Origin: an uncultured delta proteobacterium
GTDB lineage: Bacteria > Desulfobacterota > Syntrophobacteria > Syntrophobacterales > Syntrophobacteraceae
Length of the DNA: 64,000 bases
Assembly: GCA_963783775.1 (NCBI GenBank)
Contig: CAWAOR010000007.1
Coordinates: 99,913 to 163,912 of the forward strand
Direction: 5' to 3'
Part shown: one piece after another, positions 10,525-19,893 of the stretch
Layout: each line of letters opens with the position of its first letter
Position numbering within the stretch: the first letter of the stretch is position 1
Program-made: the position numbers and the translations under genes
Notes under the pieces: model-generated
What the model was told of the DNA's origin: nothing
Seen by the model: the letters and a program-made list of their open reading frames with translations, nothing else
Database searches by the model: none

Positions 10525-11541
10525 CTAAATCCCCTGCTGAGTTCCCTTCTCGATGCGTTCGACTGCGGCATTGGCAATGGCCACCATGCGCGGTTCCGCC
10601 TCCTGCTGCAGGGCACGTAAGGCAGGCAGGGCGGAAGCCGCAGCGGGGCCGTAGCGGGCAAGTCCCATGGCAGCGTTGGCCCGCACTTCTCCTTCAGGAT
10701 CGGCGAGCCGCTCCGTCAAGGCCTCCAAGATGCGCGAAGGCTCTTCCTCTATTCTTGCCAGCGCTAGAGTCGCTGCCGCCCGCACCTCGCCAGCCGGATC
10801 TTCGAGACAGCCCATAATCACCGGCACGAACTCCCGACCACTCCCGCCAAGATTGCCGATGCGCTCGAGGCAGACATTACGGACATCCTTGTCATCATCC
10901 TGAAGCATCGCCTGTATCACCGGCAGAGCCACCGCGGGATCGCCTGAAATCTTCACCAGGGCGGAAGTACAGGCCAGTTGCAACAAAGGTGACGAAGCCG
11001 CCACGGATAAGTGCTTGAGATCCTCCACGGCATCCCCGGCATTTTCGCCGATCCATTCCAAGGCATCGACTGCGGCCGACACCGCCAGCGAATCGGAAGA
11101 CTCCAACAGGGAGCGGAGCGCAGGAACGGGAGCCTTCCCCATCCTCCCGAGAGCAAAGCCCGCATGCCAGCGGAGCATCGGATCGTCACTGGTGAAACAT
11201 TCGCAGAGCCTGTCAATGGCGGAGTCGGCGGCGGTGCCGATACGGCCGAGGCCGGAAGCTGCGGCGATGCGGACTGCCGGCGGTTGGCTCTCTTCAAGCC
11301 CCATGATCAAGGCGGGTACGGCCGAAGCTCCCATCCTGGTCAATACTTCCACGGCCAAAGTGCAAACCCCTGCGCTCTCATGAGCGAGACAGGCCACCAC
11401 TTCGTCCAGGCATGCCGGAGTTCCCTGCCCCGCTTGCAGCAGTTCGGCCAGGGCTGCCAGCCGTGGGGCTTCCTGGGGGCTTCTCAGCTTGGCGGCCAGG
11501 GCTTGCGCATCATAGGCCTTCGGTTCAATGGATTGTGACAT
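10525..11541 (-). CDS. HEAT-repeat (PBS-lyase HEAT-like) protein, 338 aa, translationally coupled to vgrG
   Basis: Repeated ~31-aa units of the type D.D..VR..A..ALG.IG...A...L. The ATG at 11541 overlaps the inferred vgrG TGA (TGATG). As assembled, the same frame stays open upstream into vgrG (ORF 10525-12144). Confidence 0.8.
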   Translation of the reverse strand: MSQSIEPKAYDAQALAAKLRSPQEAPRLAALAELLQAGQGTPACLDEVVACLAHESAGVCTLAVEVLTRMGASAVPALIMGLEESQPPAVRIAAASGLGRIGTAADSAIDRLCECFTSDDPMLRWHAGFALGRMGKAPVPALRSLLESSDSLAVSAAVDALEWIGENAGDAVEDLKHLSVAASSPLLQLACTSALVKISGDPAVALPVIQAMLQDDDKDVRNVCLERIGNLGGSGREFVPVIMGCLEDPAGEVRAAATLALARIEEEPSRILEALTERLADPEGEVRANAAMGLARYGPAAASALPALRALQQEAEPRMVAIANAAVERIEKGTQQGI

Positions 11542-13421
11542 CACCAAATATTCCCGGCACCGGGGGTGTAGGTTGGGGAGACCACCCCGACAGAGGCTAT
11601 TAGACTCGTGCACATGAACTACACCATCTGCCATTACGGTTGCAGAGTGCAAATTGATGGCGCTGGCGGTCAAGTCGATTGTGGGGGCGATGACCGAGAT
11701 TGGCCCGGCGGAACTCACTGTCACACCCGAGGCGCCGACGGTCAGGGTGACCCCTTGCGTGTAGTTGATAGTCACGGCACCGTTCACAGTGACATTCTGC
11801 TGCCCCATTACCGTGACTTCCTGCTTCCCCTTCACCGTCTTGCTGTCATCCTTGTCGATGGTGATGGTGTGATTGCCGCCGATGGTGTGATCTTCATCCG
11901 CCTTCACTTCGATGGTGTTGTTCTTTCTCGGCGTGGAGATACACCTCCTCATCACCCTTTTTGTCCTCGAAACGGAGCTCATTGAAGCCGCCTCCGCCGG
12001 GGGTGGAGTCCGACTTGATGGTGCTCTTCGTTTTTTCATCGGGAAGCGTATAAGGGGGCTTGTTGATGCCGTGGTAGACGCGTCCGGTAATGATCGGACG
12101 GTCAGGGTCGCCTTCGAGGAAATCGACGACGACCTCCTGGTCAATCCTTGGGATGTACATGGCGCCCCAGTTGGCCCCGGCCCAGAGTTGGCTCACCCTG
12201 ATGAAGCATGAGCTTTCGTCATCCTTGTTCCCTTCCCGATCCCAGTGAAACTGAACTTTGACGCGGCCGTGTTCGTCCGTGTAGATCTCTTCCCCGGGAG
12301 GACCCACCACGATGGCGGTTTGAGCGCCGTGAATGACCGGCTTTGGGGTGGTTCGCCGCGGCCGGTACTGGGTTTCCAGGGGGATGCAGGCAAAATTGTT
12401 GGTGTATGAGAAGTCGCTCCCCGAACTGACCTCTGAACCATATCCCCCCTGCCATGCCCCATGGCCGAGAGATGTCAGCAGATACTCTTTTTCGTTCATG
12501 CCCTCCACGTCACAGCCAATCAGCCGAAAATGGGTGCCGCTCACAAAGGCTCGGCACGAGCTCGAACCGATCAGGGTCGTAATCCTTGCCTCCTGCCCTT
12601 CCATCCGCACTCTGGCCAGCCGGTCGCCGTCACTCTGGTTCTCATAATTCCCCGGAAAGTCGTAAAACTCCCGCTCGGTAGGGCCCACGTTCTTGGTGGC
12701 GGGAACCGAGACTTTCAGGTCCGTATTGGGCATCTTAAAATTGAAGTCGTTCAGGCTGTACTTGCCTGCCTGCACCTGCATCCGCTTTTCCAGACTGGTG
12801 ATGTAGTCCTGCTCCTTCGAAGCGACCTCCTCGAAGAGCATGCTGGCCGTCCTCTGGTGGGGGCATGGCCTGTGCCTGGAGGACGAATCGACCATAACGA
12901 GGGTATGCTTTCCCATCTCATGTTCGAAGAAATAATAGATTCCCTCTTCTTCCATCAGGCGGGAGACAAAGTCCAGATCCGTTTCCCGGTATTGGACGCA
13001 ATACTCTCTTTGCGGGTGGCTGCCGACATCCATCCGGAAGTCGGTGAACTCCTTCTCCGAGAGGATCCTTTCAATGATGTCGGGCACTGAGAGGTTCTGG
13101 AAAATCCGTGAGTCCGTGGTCCGGCCCAACAACCAGAGCCATGGTACAATGGTTGCGCTGTACAAGCTCAGCCCCGGATTTCCCTCTCCTGCGCCGGCTC
13201 TTTGCGAGAAATAAGAGACGAGGCCGTTGAAATATCGTTCAGAATCGTTGGGAGGCATCATGGAGACCGTTACACTCCTTCCGATAATATCTTCAAAGGC
13301 TATGCTGCTGCTCTCGGAGAACAAGGCGAGGTCAAAGCTGAACAATCGTGGACAGGCCCTCGGACCCGCTCAGTCCCTGGATCAGCAAGACATCCTCGCC
13401 GAGGGGCGTGTGTAGGACCAT
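11541..13421 (-). pseudogene. vgrG: T6SS spike protein VgrG, three frame breaks as assembled
   Basis: The ATG at 13421 (RBS ggagga) gives MVLHTPLGEDVLLIQGLSGSEGLST, then a +1 break at about 13346 into LFSFDLALFSE... Family blocks: RETDLDFVSRLMEEEGIYYFFEH, GRVKVQFHWDREG, FIRVSQLWAGANWGAMYIPRIDQEVVVDFLEGDPDRPIITGRVYH, FNELRFEDKKGDEEVYLHAEK. A break at about 11923 leads into NNTIEVKADEDHTIGGNHTITID (beta-helix). A break at about 11613-11616 leads into ...SLIASVGVVSPTYTPGAGNIW*. 1881 nt minus 3 = 1878 nt. Confidence 0.88.
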
Positions 13422-13985
13422 TACCCTTTCCTCCTGCCTGTATACCATGGATCCCTCCAAAGAAATTGTCTGAATTCGCGATTCTCTTACATGGTTTTAC
13501 GCGGACCAGTCTTAAGCTCTCAGTCGTCACTTTCGGCCCCATTGAGGCCCCGGGCTTCAGGATTCCTCAAGCGGGCGCACGGCCTGCCCGCCAGCCCTTT
13601 TCCGAAAGATCCTGGTTAGGGTTAGCGAGCACGGTGCTCTCCTTTCTCAGCTACGAGTCGTTAGCATGCTGTCTTGCAGCCGACTACAAAGACTACGACT
13701 GCAGGGCTTGTCGATGAGTGTTTGCCGTGAGGTTACTGATTAAGGGATTGCAGACAAACCTTTCGGGATCTTTATCGTTTCAACCTCACTTCAGTGACCT
13801 CGTTTGCTGCTGCCGGAATGATCGCTATCCGAATAGAGAATTACTCTATTTCCTGATAACATGAAGTCAAGCAAGCTTCAAGTCAACAGGATTGTGAGAA
13901 CATGGGATGCACCGACGATTGCTCCGTCCATGGGATGGGGGTTTGATGCACTGCTCGGGAAAACGGTGCCGCCAAGGAGTCAAAG

Positions 13986-15503
13986 ATGTTTGGTTTTCGA
14001 GATGATGGCGATTACGACCGCGCAAGGCAGGTACTCCAAAATGCCGACTACACGGAAGCGGCAGTCGGCGAAGTGCTGGGGCAGGAGCAAATCCTCACTA
14101 TGCCGTCCAACGCTGTGCCGCGAGTGTTGCGAAGGACGCGTGGGCTTTCACGGCTTGATACGCTGATACGCTTGTTTTATTTGGGAGTGCCAACCCCATC
14201 ACAGGCGGTTGCGTCGGCGCTCGCCCCCATGACGCTTGATTCCTGGGTCCAGGCTGGACTCCTGCACCCACCTGACAGCGATGGCCAGATGGACCCTCGG
14301 GTCCAGATATGGCCGCTGAGCGGCCTGCTGCTGGCAATCGATCTGCCGTGGCGGCAGCCGACCGCACCGGCACCGGATTTTGTGGTGTCGCCGGGGCTTC
14401 TGACGTTGGAACTGGCCAACGCGATGATCCGCCGACCTTGCAGGCGCATCCTGGACTTGGGGACCGGTTCGGGCATGCTGGCGCTGTTAGCAGCGCCCTA
14501 TGCGCAGAGCGTGGTGGCAACGGACAAGAATGAACGCGCCATCGCCTTCACGCGCTTCAATGCCCGTTTGAATCGGATCGCTAACGTCTTCAGTCTCGTC
14601 GGCGATCTGTTCGAACCGTTGGCTGAAGAGCGATTCCAGTTGGTGGTCTGCAACCCCCCTTTCGTGATCAGTCCCACTCAGCGCTTTCTCTTTCGGGACA
14701 GTGGGGAGCGGGGAGACCTTTTCTGCCGCCGGCTCGCCCGATCCGCAATTACTTATTTGGACGTCGGCGGTTTCTTTCAGTTCACCGCAAATGTTGCCCA
14801 CGAAGCGGGCACCTCATGGAGGTCGGGTCTGAAGGCATGGTTTGAAGGCCTCGACTGCGATGTTCTCGTCCTGGTTGAACGAACGGAAGATGTATCCGAC
14901 TATGCCATGAGCTGGATTGTCAGCACGGAATCGAGGGAACCCGCATCGATCTCGCAACGCTATGAAACCTGGATGGATTATTTTGAGAGGGAACGGATCG
15001 AGGCAGTCAGCTATGTACTGGTCACGCTTCGGCGTTCCACCGGCGGCCCAGGTTGGATTCAGGTTGAGGACCCACCCTGTCAGGTGGTCGGCCCCTGCGG
15101 TGATGAACTGGAAAGGTTCTTCCAGTGCCGAGATACCTTCGGCAAGGCGTCAGGCACGGACGCATTATTGAACCAGCGGTTGCGGCTTTCCCCGCAGATC
15201 CGCATCGAGCAGGAATATGCCATGACTCCCAACGGGCTTGATCTGACCCATATCCGGGTGAAGAAGACAGGGGGGCTGCAGTATCCGCTGACGATTCACG
15301 GCAACGTCGCCCGACTGCTCGCAGGCTGCGACGGCAACCGCACCCTTCGGCAACTGCTGGAAGTGCTGTTCAGCTCGCTGAACGTGTCATGGGATCAAAC
15401 CCTGCCGGTGGTGCTTCCGGCCGTCACTTCGCTGATCGAACGCAGCGTGCTGTTGTCAGCGGAAGCCTTCCCGACGCCCTGCCCAGCCGGTCGGAAGGTA
15501 TGA
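13986..15503 (+). CDS. Class I SAM-dependent methyltransferase (HemK/PrmC-like NPPF type) with an extended C-terminal region
   Basis: Intact 505-aa ORF with RBS aaggag 6 nt upstream. SAM motif I ILDLGTGSGMLAL and catalytic-type LVVCNPPFV. The C-terminal ~60 aa resemble a PqqD/RRE-like fold (ARLLAGCDGNRTLRQLLEVL...). Confidence 0.8.
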   Translation: MFGFRDDGDYDRARQVLQNADYTEAAVGEVLGQEQILTMPSNAVPRVLRRTRGLSRLDTLIRLFYLGVPTPSQAVASALAPMTLDSWVQAGLLHPPDSDGQMDPRVQIWPLSGLLLAIDLPWRQPTAPAPDFVVSPGLLTLELANAMIRRPCRRILDLGTGSGMLALLAAPYAQSVVATDKNERAIAFTRFNARLNRIANVFSLVGDLFEPLAEERFQLVVCNPPFVISPTQRFLFRDSGERGDLFCRRLARSAITYLDVGGFFQFTANVAHEAGTSWRSGLKAWFEGLDCDVLVLVERTEDVSDYAMSWIVSTESREPASISQRYETWMDYFERERIEAVSYVLVTLRRSTGGPGWIQVEDPPCQVVGPCGDELERFFQCRDTFGKASGTDALLNQRLRLSPQIRIEQEYAMTPNGLDLTHIRVKKTGGLQYPLTIHGNVARLLAGCDGNRTLRQLLEVLFSSLNVSWDQTLPVVLPAVTSLIERSVLLSAEAFPTPCPAGRKV

Positions 15504-15564
15504 CAAAACGTTGGTTGGGGCACGTGTGAAGCGCACCTCATCGTTGGTTTGAATGCAGATTGGC

Positions 15565-17238
15565 TCAAGCCTTCAAGACTGCTTTGAAGAATCCCTCCAT
15601 GGCTCGGGCAAGTGCCGCCGTATCGCATGCCGATTGGGCCTTCAGCGCAGTTCTCATGGTTCGGCGCAAGTCGTCCAGCCGTCTCGGGGTGTCCCGGCTT
15701 TGGGCAAGCTCGACCGCAAAGTCGACCATCTCCTCAACGCTGTCGGCTACAAACTCCTGCAAGTGAGTCCTGCGCAACAGACTCTGGCTGGTCCGGGAGG
15801 CCCATCGATCGCCCCGGAAGGTCAACACCGGCACCCCCTGCCAAATCGCCTCCATGGTCGTGGTGCCCCCGTTGTAGGGGAAGGCGTCCAGAGCCACATC
15901 GATCTGGTCATAGATAGTCAGGAAGGTAAAGTGATCCGCGGGCTCGGACAGGATGAGGCGTTCCGTGTCAATGCCACGCTCAGCGAAATTCTCTGCCAGG
16001 TACCGGCGGTTATGTAAAGATTTCAAGGCCGTGTTGGCCAACAGCAGGCGGGTGCCGTCCGTCCGCTTCAGAATAGTCGCCCAAGCATCCAGGACTGATG
16101 GGGTAATCTTGTACTGGGAGACCAGACTGCCAAAGGTCAGATAGCCGTTCTCCAGGCATGGCGGAGGTGCGACCGGCGGTGTCGGGTGATCCACCTGGAA
16201 CGTCAAGTAGCTCACCGGAAGACGATGGACTCTTTCCGTAAAAAAAGGCTCTTCCTCGGGCCTGACCACCTCATCGTCGCCAATGATATAGTCGAACCCG
16301 GGGAGACCGGAGGTTGCATACCAGTTGAACCAGGCAATGGTAACCGGGGCGGGATGGCTCAGGAAGAGGGCAAGTCGTTCCGGGTGACTGAAGGCGTTCA
16401 AGTCGACCAGGAGGTCGATCTGTGATGCCTGGATGAGTGCGGCCAGTTCATCATTGTCGAGAGCGCTCGTTTCATGAATCCGATCTCTGCCATGTGGCCG
16501 GTATCCCTGCCAGGTTAGTCCCTTCGGGCTGTCGGAAAAGAGGTGGATTTCAAAGGCGGACCGGTCATGGTGGTTGATCAGCCCCCATACCGGCTTCATA
16601 TAATTTGCCGCGTGAAAGAACGCCGACAGGTAGCCGATGCGAGGCACAGAGTCGAGCGTTGGCCTGACGTTAGTGGCCGCAGCCGACTCTGTGCTCACCC
16701 AGGCCGCCAGAATTGCAGCAAGCTTCTTGCGAACCTCAAGAATTCTTGGAAGGTCAGCTCCGACCGATCCCGGAATGATCGAGGCCAGACTCATCCACGG
16801 GGCAATCGCCTGGCAACTGTTCGCGGCGTATTCGAGGTGGAAAATGGCTCGCTCGATATCACCCAGCCGATACAAGACCCGTGCAAGATTGTGGTGCGCT
16901 TCGGGGCTGGCTTGGTCTGCTTTTATGCTGTTTTCAAAGGCCGCAGCCGCTTGGGCGTACTCACCAACTTCGGTCAGAACATTCCCCGTTGCATACCAGA
17001 TTTTCGCGGTGGCCGCACCCAACTCGATGAGACGATCATAGACTTCGAGGGCCGATACATATTGACTGTTGAGATGATAGGCAACGGCGAGGTTTTCGAG
17101 AATGGCCGGGTGGTCGGGAGCCAGTGCTGATGCCCGGCGCAGGTAGTCGACCGCTTTTCCCGGCTCCCCGGAATCCAGCAGACGGCACCCCCATGAGAAC
17201 AATCCGTCGGCCTCAGCCGTCCCCGGCTCAACCCCCAT
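15565..17238 (-). CDS. TPR-repeat protein fused to a GT41 (SPINDLY/O-GlcNAc-transferase-like) glycosyltransferase domain
   Basis: Intact 557-aa ORF. The N-terminal ~190 aa are TPRs (AILENLAVAYHLNSQYVSALEVYDRLIEL...). The C-terminal half has the GT41-type layout (RIGYLSAFFH..., VTIAWFNWYATSGLPGFDYIIGD, LDAFPYNGGTTTMEAIWQGVPVLT). Confidence 0.85.
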   Translation of the reverse strand: MGVEPGTAEADGLFSWGCRLLDSGEPGKAVDYLRRASALAPDHPAILENLAVAYHLNSQYVSALEVYDRLIELGAATAKIWYATGNVLTEVGEYAQAAAAFENSIKADQASPEAHHNLARVLYRLGDIERAIFHLEYAANSCQAIAPWMSLASIIPGSVGADLPRILEVRKKLAAILAAWVSTESAAATNVRPTLDSVPRIGYLSAFFHAANYMKPVWGLINHHDRSAFEIHLFSDSPKGLTWQGYRPHGRDRIHETSALDNDELAALIQASQIDLLVDLNAFSHPERLALFLSHPAPVTIAWFNWYATSGLPGFDYIIGDDEVVRPEEEPFFTERVHRLPVSYLTFQVDHPTPPVAPPPCLENGYLTFGSLVSQYKITPSVLDAWATILKRTDGTRLLLANTALKSLHNRRYLAENFAERGIDTERLILSEPADHFTFLTIYDQIDVALDAFPYNGGTTTMEAIWQGVPVLTFRGDRWASRTSQSLLRRTHLQEFVADSVEEMVDFAVELAQSRDTPRRLDDLRRTMRTALKAQSACDTAALARAMEGFFKAVLKA

Positions 17239-17286
17239 ATTTCTATCCGGCTGTTTTCAGACGCGCATATGTCAGCGGAAGCCCCC

Positions 17287-17766
17287 CTAGACCTCGCCTT
17301 CCTCGACCTTCCAGCTCATCTCCACATTGCCCTTTTTGATCCCATTCGCATCGTACTGGGTATAGGTCTGCTTCACTTCCTCGAAGTTCAACGACATGCT
17401 CTCCATCGGCACTGCGTCGCCTGACGTGGCGGCCGATACATGGTGCGAAGTCACCACCACGTTTTTCAGTTCGTACTCGAGGTAAGTTGCCCGGGCATCA
17501 CCGTAGGTTGCCGTATTGTGGATGTGTACCTTGGGGAAGACCGTACCCTTGCACACGGCTTCCGCGAGCTTCGGGCTGGACTTGTCGTATTCCTTGGTAA
17601 CCATCACGTCTTCCACGGTGACCACGCCGCGGCGTCGGGTTTGCCCGGTGGCTCCGGCCCCGGCTTTGTGAAGGCCCCAACTGAACGACAGCACGTCAAT
17701 CCAGGCCTTGTGGTCCTTATCTTGACACTCGCCGTCTACTCCATCAAATTTTACAAACAGAGCCAT
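17287..17766 (-). CDS. hcp: T6SS inner tube protein Hcp (TssD)
   Basis: Intact 159-aa ORF with a strong RBS (taggaggaaca ATG). MALFVKFDGVDGE..HKAWIDVLSFSWG... is the canonical Hcp1 N-terminus. Confidence 0.95.
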   Translation of the reverse strand: MALFVKFDGVDGECQDKDHKAWIDVLSFSWGLHKAGAGATGQTRRRGVVTVEDVMVTKEYDKSSPKLAEAVCKGTVFPKVHIHNTATYGDARATYLEYELKNVVVTSHHVSAATSGDAVPMESMSLNFEEVKQTYTQYDANGIKKGNVEMSWKVEEGEV

Positions 17767-18271
17767 GTGTTCCTCCTATCAAGAAGATGATCCATGTGTT
17801 CAGGTTACGGGAACCTTTTCCCGCCTGCTTGTCCGCCTTGTGGCCCCGTGCAACTGCTTTCCCGGTGGGAAAGATCGATGGGCATGAATGAGGGGTCAAA
17901 TAGTCCGCTGGTAAAACGAATCGATAGAACCCAATTTCCGATGGCGGGCCTGCATGGCGACCCTCCGAACAGAGAAAACAGAATGGTTAAGATTTGCTTT
18001 TTGACACAATTATACTAATAAAGAGTGCACTTATAAGTCAAGCATAAACAACATGAGCACAAGAATCGCGGGCCATGGGGTGATTTGTTAATCCACGCTG
18101 GAGAGGGTGGGGCCAGCAGCAATTTTCAGCGACTGATGGCGGATTCTGCTAAAATAGGCTATGTTTGATTCCCTTTCGACCTTTTGGAGGCTTGGAGCCA
18201 GAGCTCCTTTGTTTTGACGGGCCAGCCGTTGCCCGATCATCATTTCGCGTTTCACCATCCGTTTGTGAGCC

Positions 18272-19877
18272 ATGGCAATGCCGTCTGAAATGCAGAATGT
18301 CACAGACCCGAACAGCTACGATGAGGTACCCTACTCACATCAACCCTATCCCCAAAGCCACCCGGACCGTCTTGCAACCTTGGGGAGATTGTTTGGCCTG
18401 TCCCCCTCACCCATAACCCATTGCCGCGTCCTCGAACTCGGGTGCGCAAGGGGCGGCAATCTGATACCCATGGCCTTCCATTTGCCCAACAGCGAATTCA
18501 TAGGCGTTGAGCTTTCTGCGCGGCAGGCGGAAATGGCCCGGAAGACAGTTCAGGACTTGAATCTGGACAACGTGCGGGTAGAAAATGCCAGCATTCTGGA
18601 CGTGGACCGTTCATGGGGGACCTTCGACTACATCATCTCCCATGGTGTCTATTCATGGGTACCGGAAGAAGTTCAGGACAGGATCCTGACCATTTCTTCG
18701 CGGAATCTTGCTCCTCAGGGAATCGCCTACATCAGCTACAACACCTATCCCGGGTGGCACATGCGGGGAATGGTCCGCGACATGATGCTTTTTCACGCCA
18801 ACCAGTTTCCCGACCCCGAACAAGCGCATCGAACAGGCCAGGGCTCTGATGGATTTCCTGGGACGCTCCGTCCCCAAAGAACGTTCCTTACGATCACTGC
18901 TGCAAGAAGAGCTCACTCACATAAAAGAATGCAGTGACTCTTACCTCTACCACGAATATCTCGAGAATGTGAACGCTCCGATCTACTTCCATCAGTTTGC
19001 CGAAAGGGCTGCAAAACATGGTCTTCAGTATCTTGCCGAGGCCGAATTCGCCACCATGTTTGCCGGCAGTTTCCCAAAGGAAACCGCGGAGACTCTGGAT
19101 CAAATCAGTCAAGACTTGATCCGTTCTGAGCAATACATGGATTTCTCCGCAACCGTCTGTTCCGTCAGACGATCCTCTGCCATGGAGACCTCACCTCTCA
19201 AGCGCAACCTTGCGCCGGAAGGCCTGACTGGAATGCTCGTCGCCTCAGCGGCAAAACCCGAGACGAACCCGCCAATCTGCTGCCTGGAGAACAGCAATCT
19301 TTTCGCACTCCAAAAGGGGCTATCCATCGTCAACGGATCACCCTCTCACCAAGGCCGGGTTGCTGGTCCTGAGCAGGCAATGGCCAAGAGCCATGGATCT
19401 GGCCAGCTCTGGTTCAGGAAGCCCTCTGCTCTTCTGAGCGAACACCAGACGCCTGAAGAAACGGATATTCAGCAGCACCGGCGGGTCTTTCGGAGATCAC
19501 TTGCTGCAATGCTATGCTGCTGGGGCCATCGGAAGTCCACACCTGGCAAGCGGATTTTGTGACGGAAGTGAGTGAACGACCGCAGATCAGTGCGCTTGCG
19601 GGATATCTGCTCGCCCATGGGCAGCCCGTGGTAAACCAGCGCCATCGGTGTGGTGAGCTGGATCCCCCCACTCAGCGGCTCTGCCTTGCCCTGGACGGTA
19701 CCCGGGACCGCAAAGCAATCCTCGCGCACATGCTCGAACTCGCGGCAGAGGGAGACTCTGGTGGTGCGTCTGGACGGCGATCCTTTGACCGACCCCGACG
19801 AAATAAGAGACACTTTGGCCGGCGGCTTGGAGCACTCTTTGGCCAATGTGGCCCGGGCTGCGTTGCTGGTCGCATGA
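18272..19877 (+). pseudogene. PKMT-like methyltransferase (class I SAM MTase plus 'methyltransferase regulatory domain'), many frame breaks as assembled
   Basis: N-terminus NSYDEVPYSHQPYPQSHPDRLATLGRLFGL, then VLELGCARGGNL (motif I). The continuation RIEQARALMDFLGRSVPKE...DSYLYHEYLENVNAPIYFHQFAERAAKHGLQYLAEAEF, then LRNRLFRQTILCHGDL, DHPLTKAGLLVLSRQWPRAMDLA, EVHTWQADFVTEVSERPQISALAGYLLAHGQPVVNQRH and LVVRLDGDPLTDPDEIRDTLAGGLEHSLANVARAALLVA* is scattered over all three frames (about 10 or more changes between 18820 and 19760). Confidence 0.7.
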
Positions 19878-19893
19878 AAGGGAGCGTTCGCTA

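Noticed and set aside
13440-13985. Small precursor-peptide ORFs upstream of the RRE-like methyltransferase, and a sigma-54 promoter (tagcat-N6-ttgca at about 13662-13678).
   Set aside because: The candidate ORFs (8, 42, 25 and 12 codons) lack RBSs. The sigma-54-like site has AG instead of GG, and the spacing is one base too long.
18009-18041. A sigma-70 promoter for hcp (minus-strand TTGACT ... TATAAT in the AT-rich patch).
   Set aside because: The hexamers are good, but the spacer is 21 nt and the implied 5' UTR is about 240 nt. This is not enough to call.
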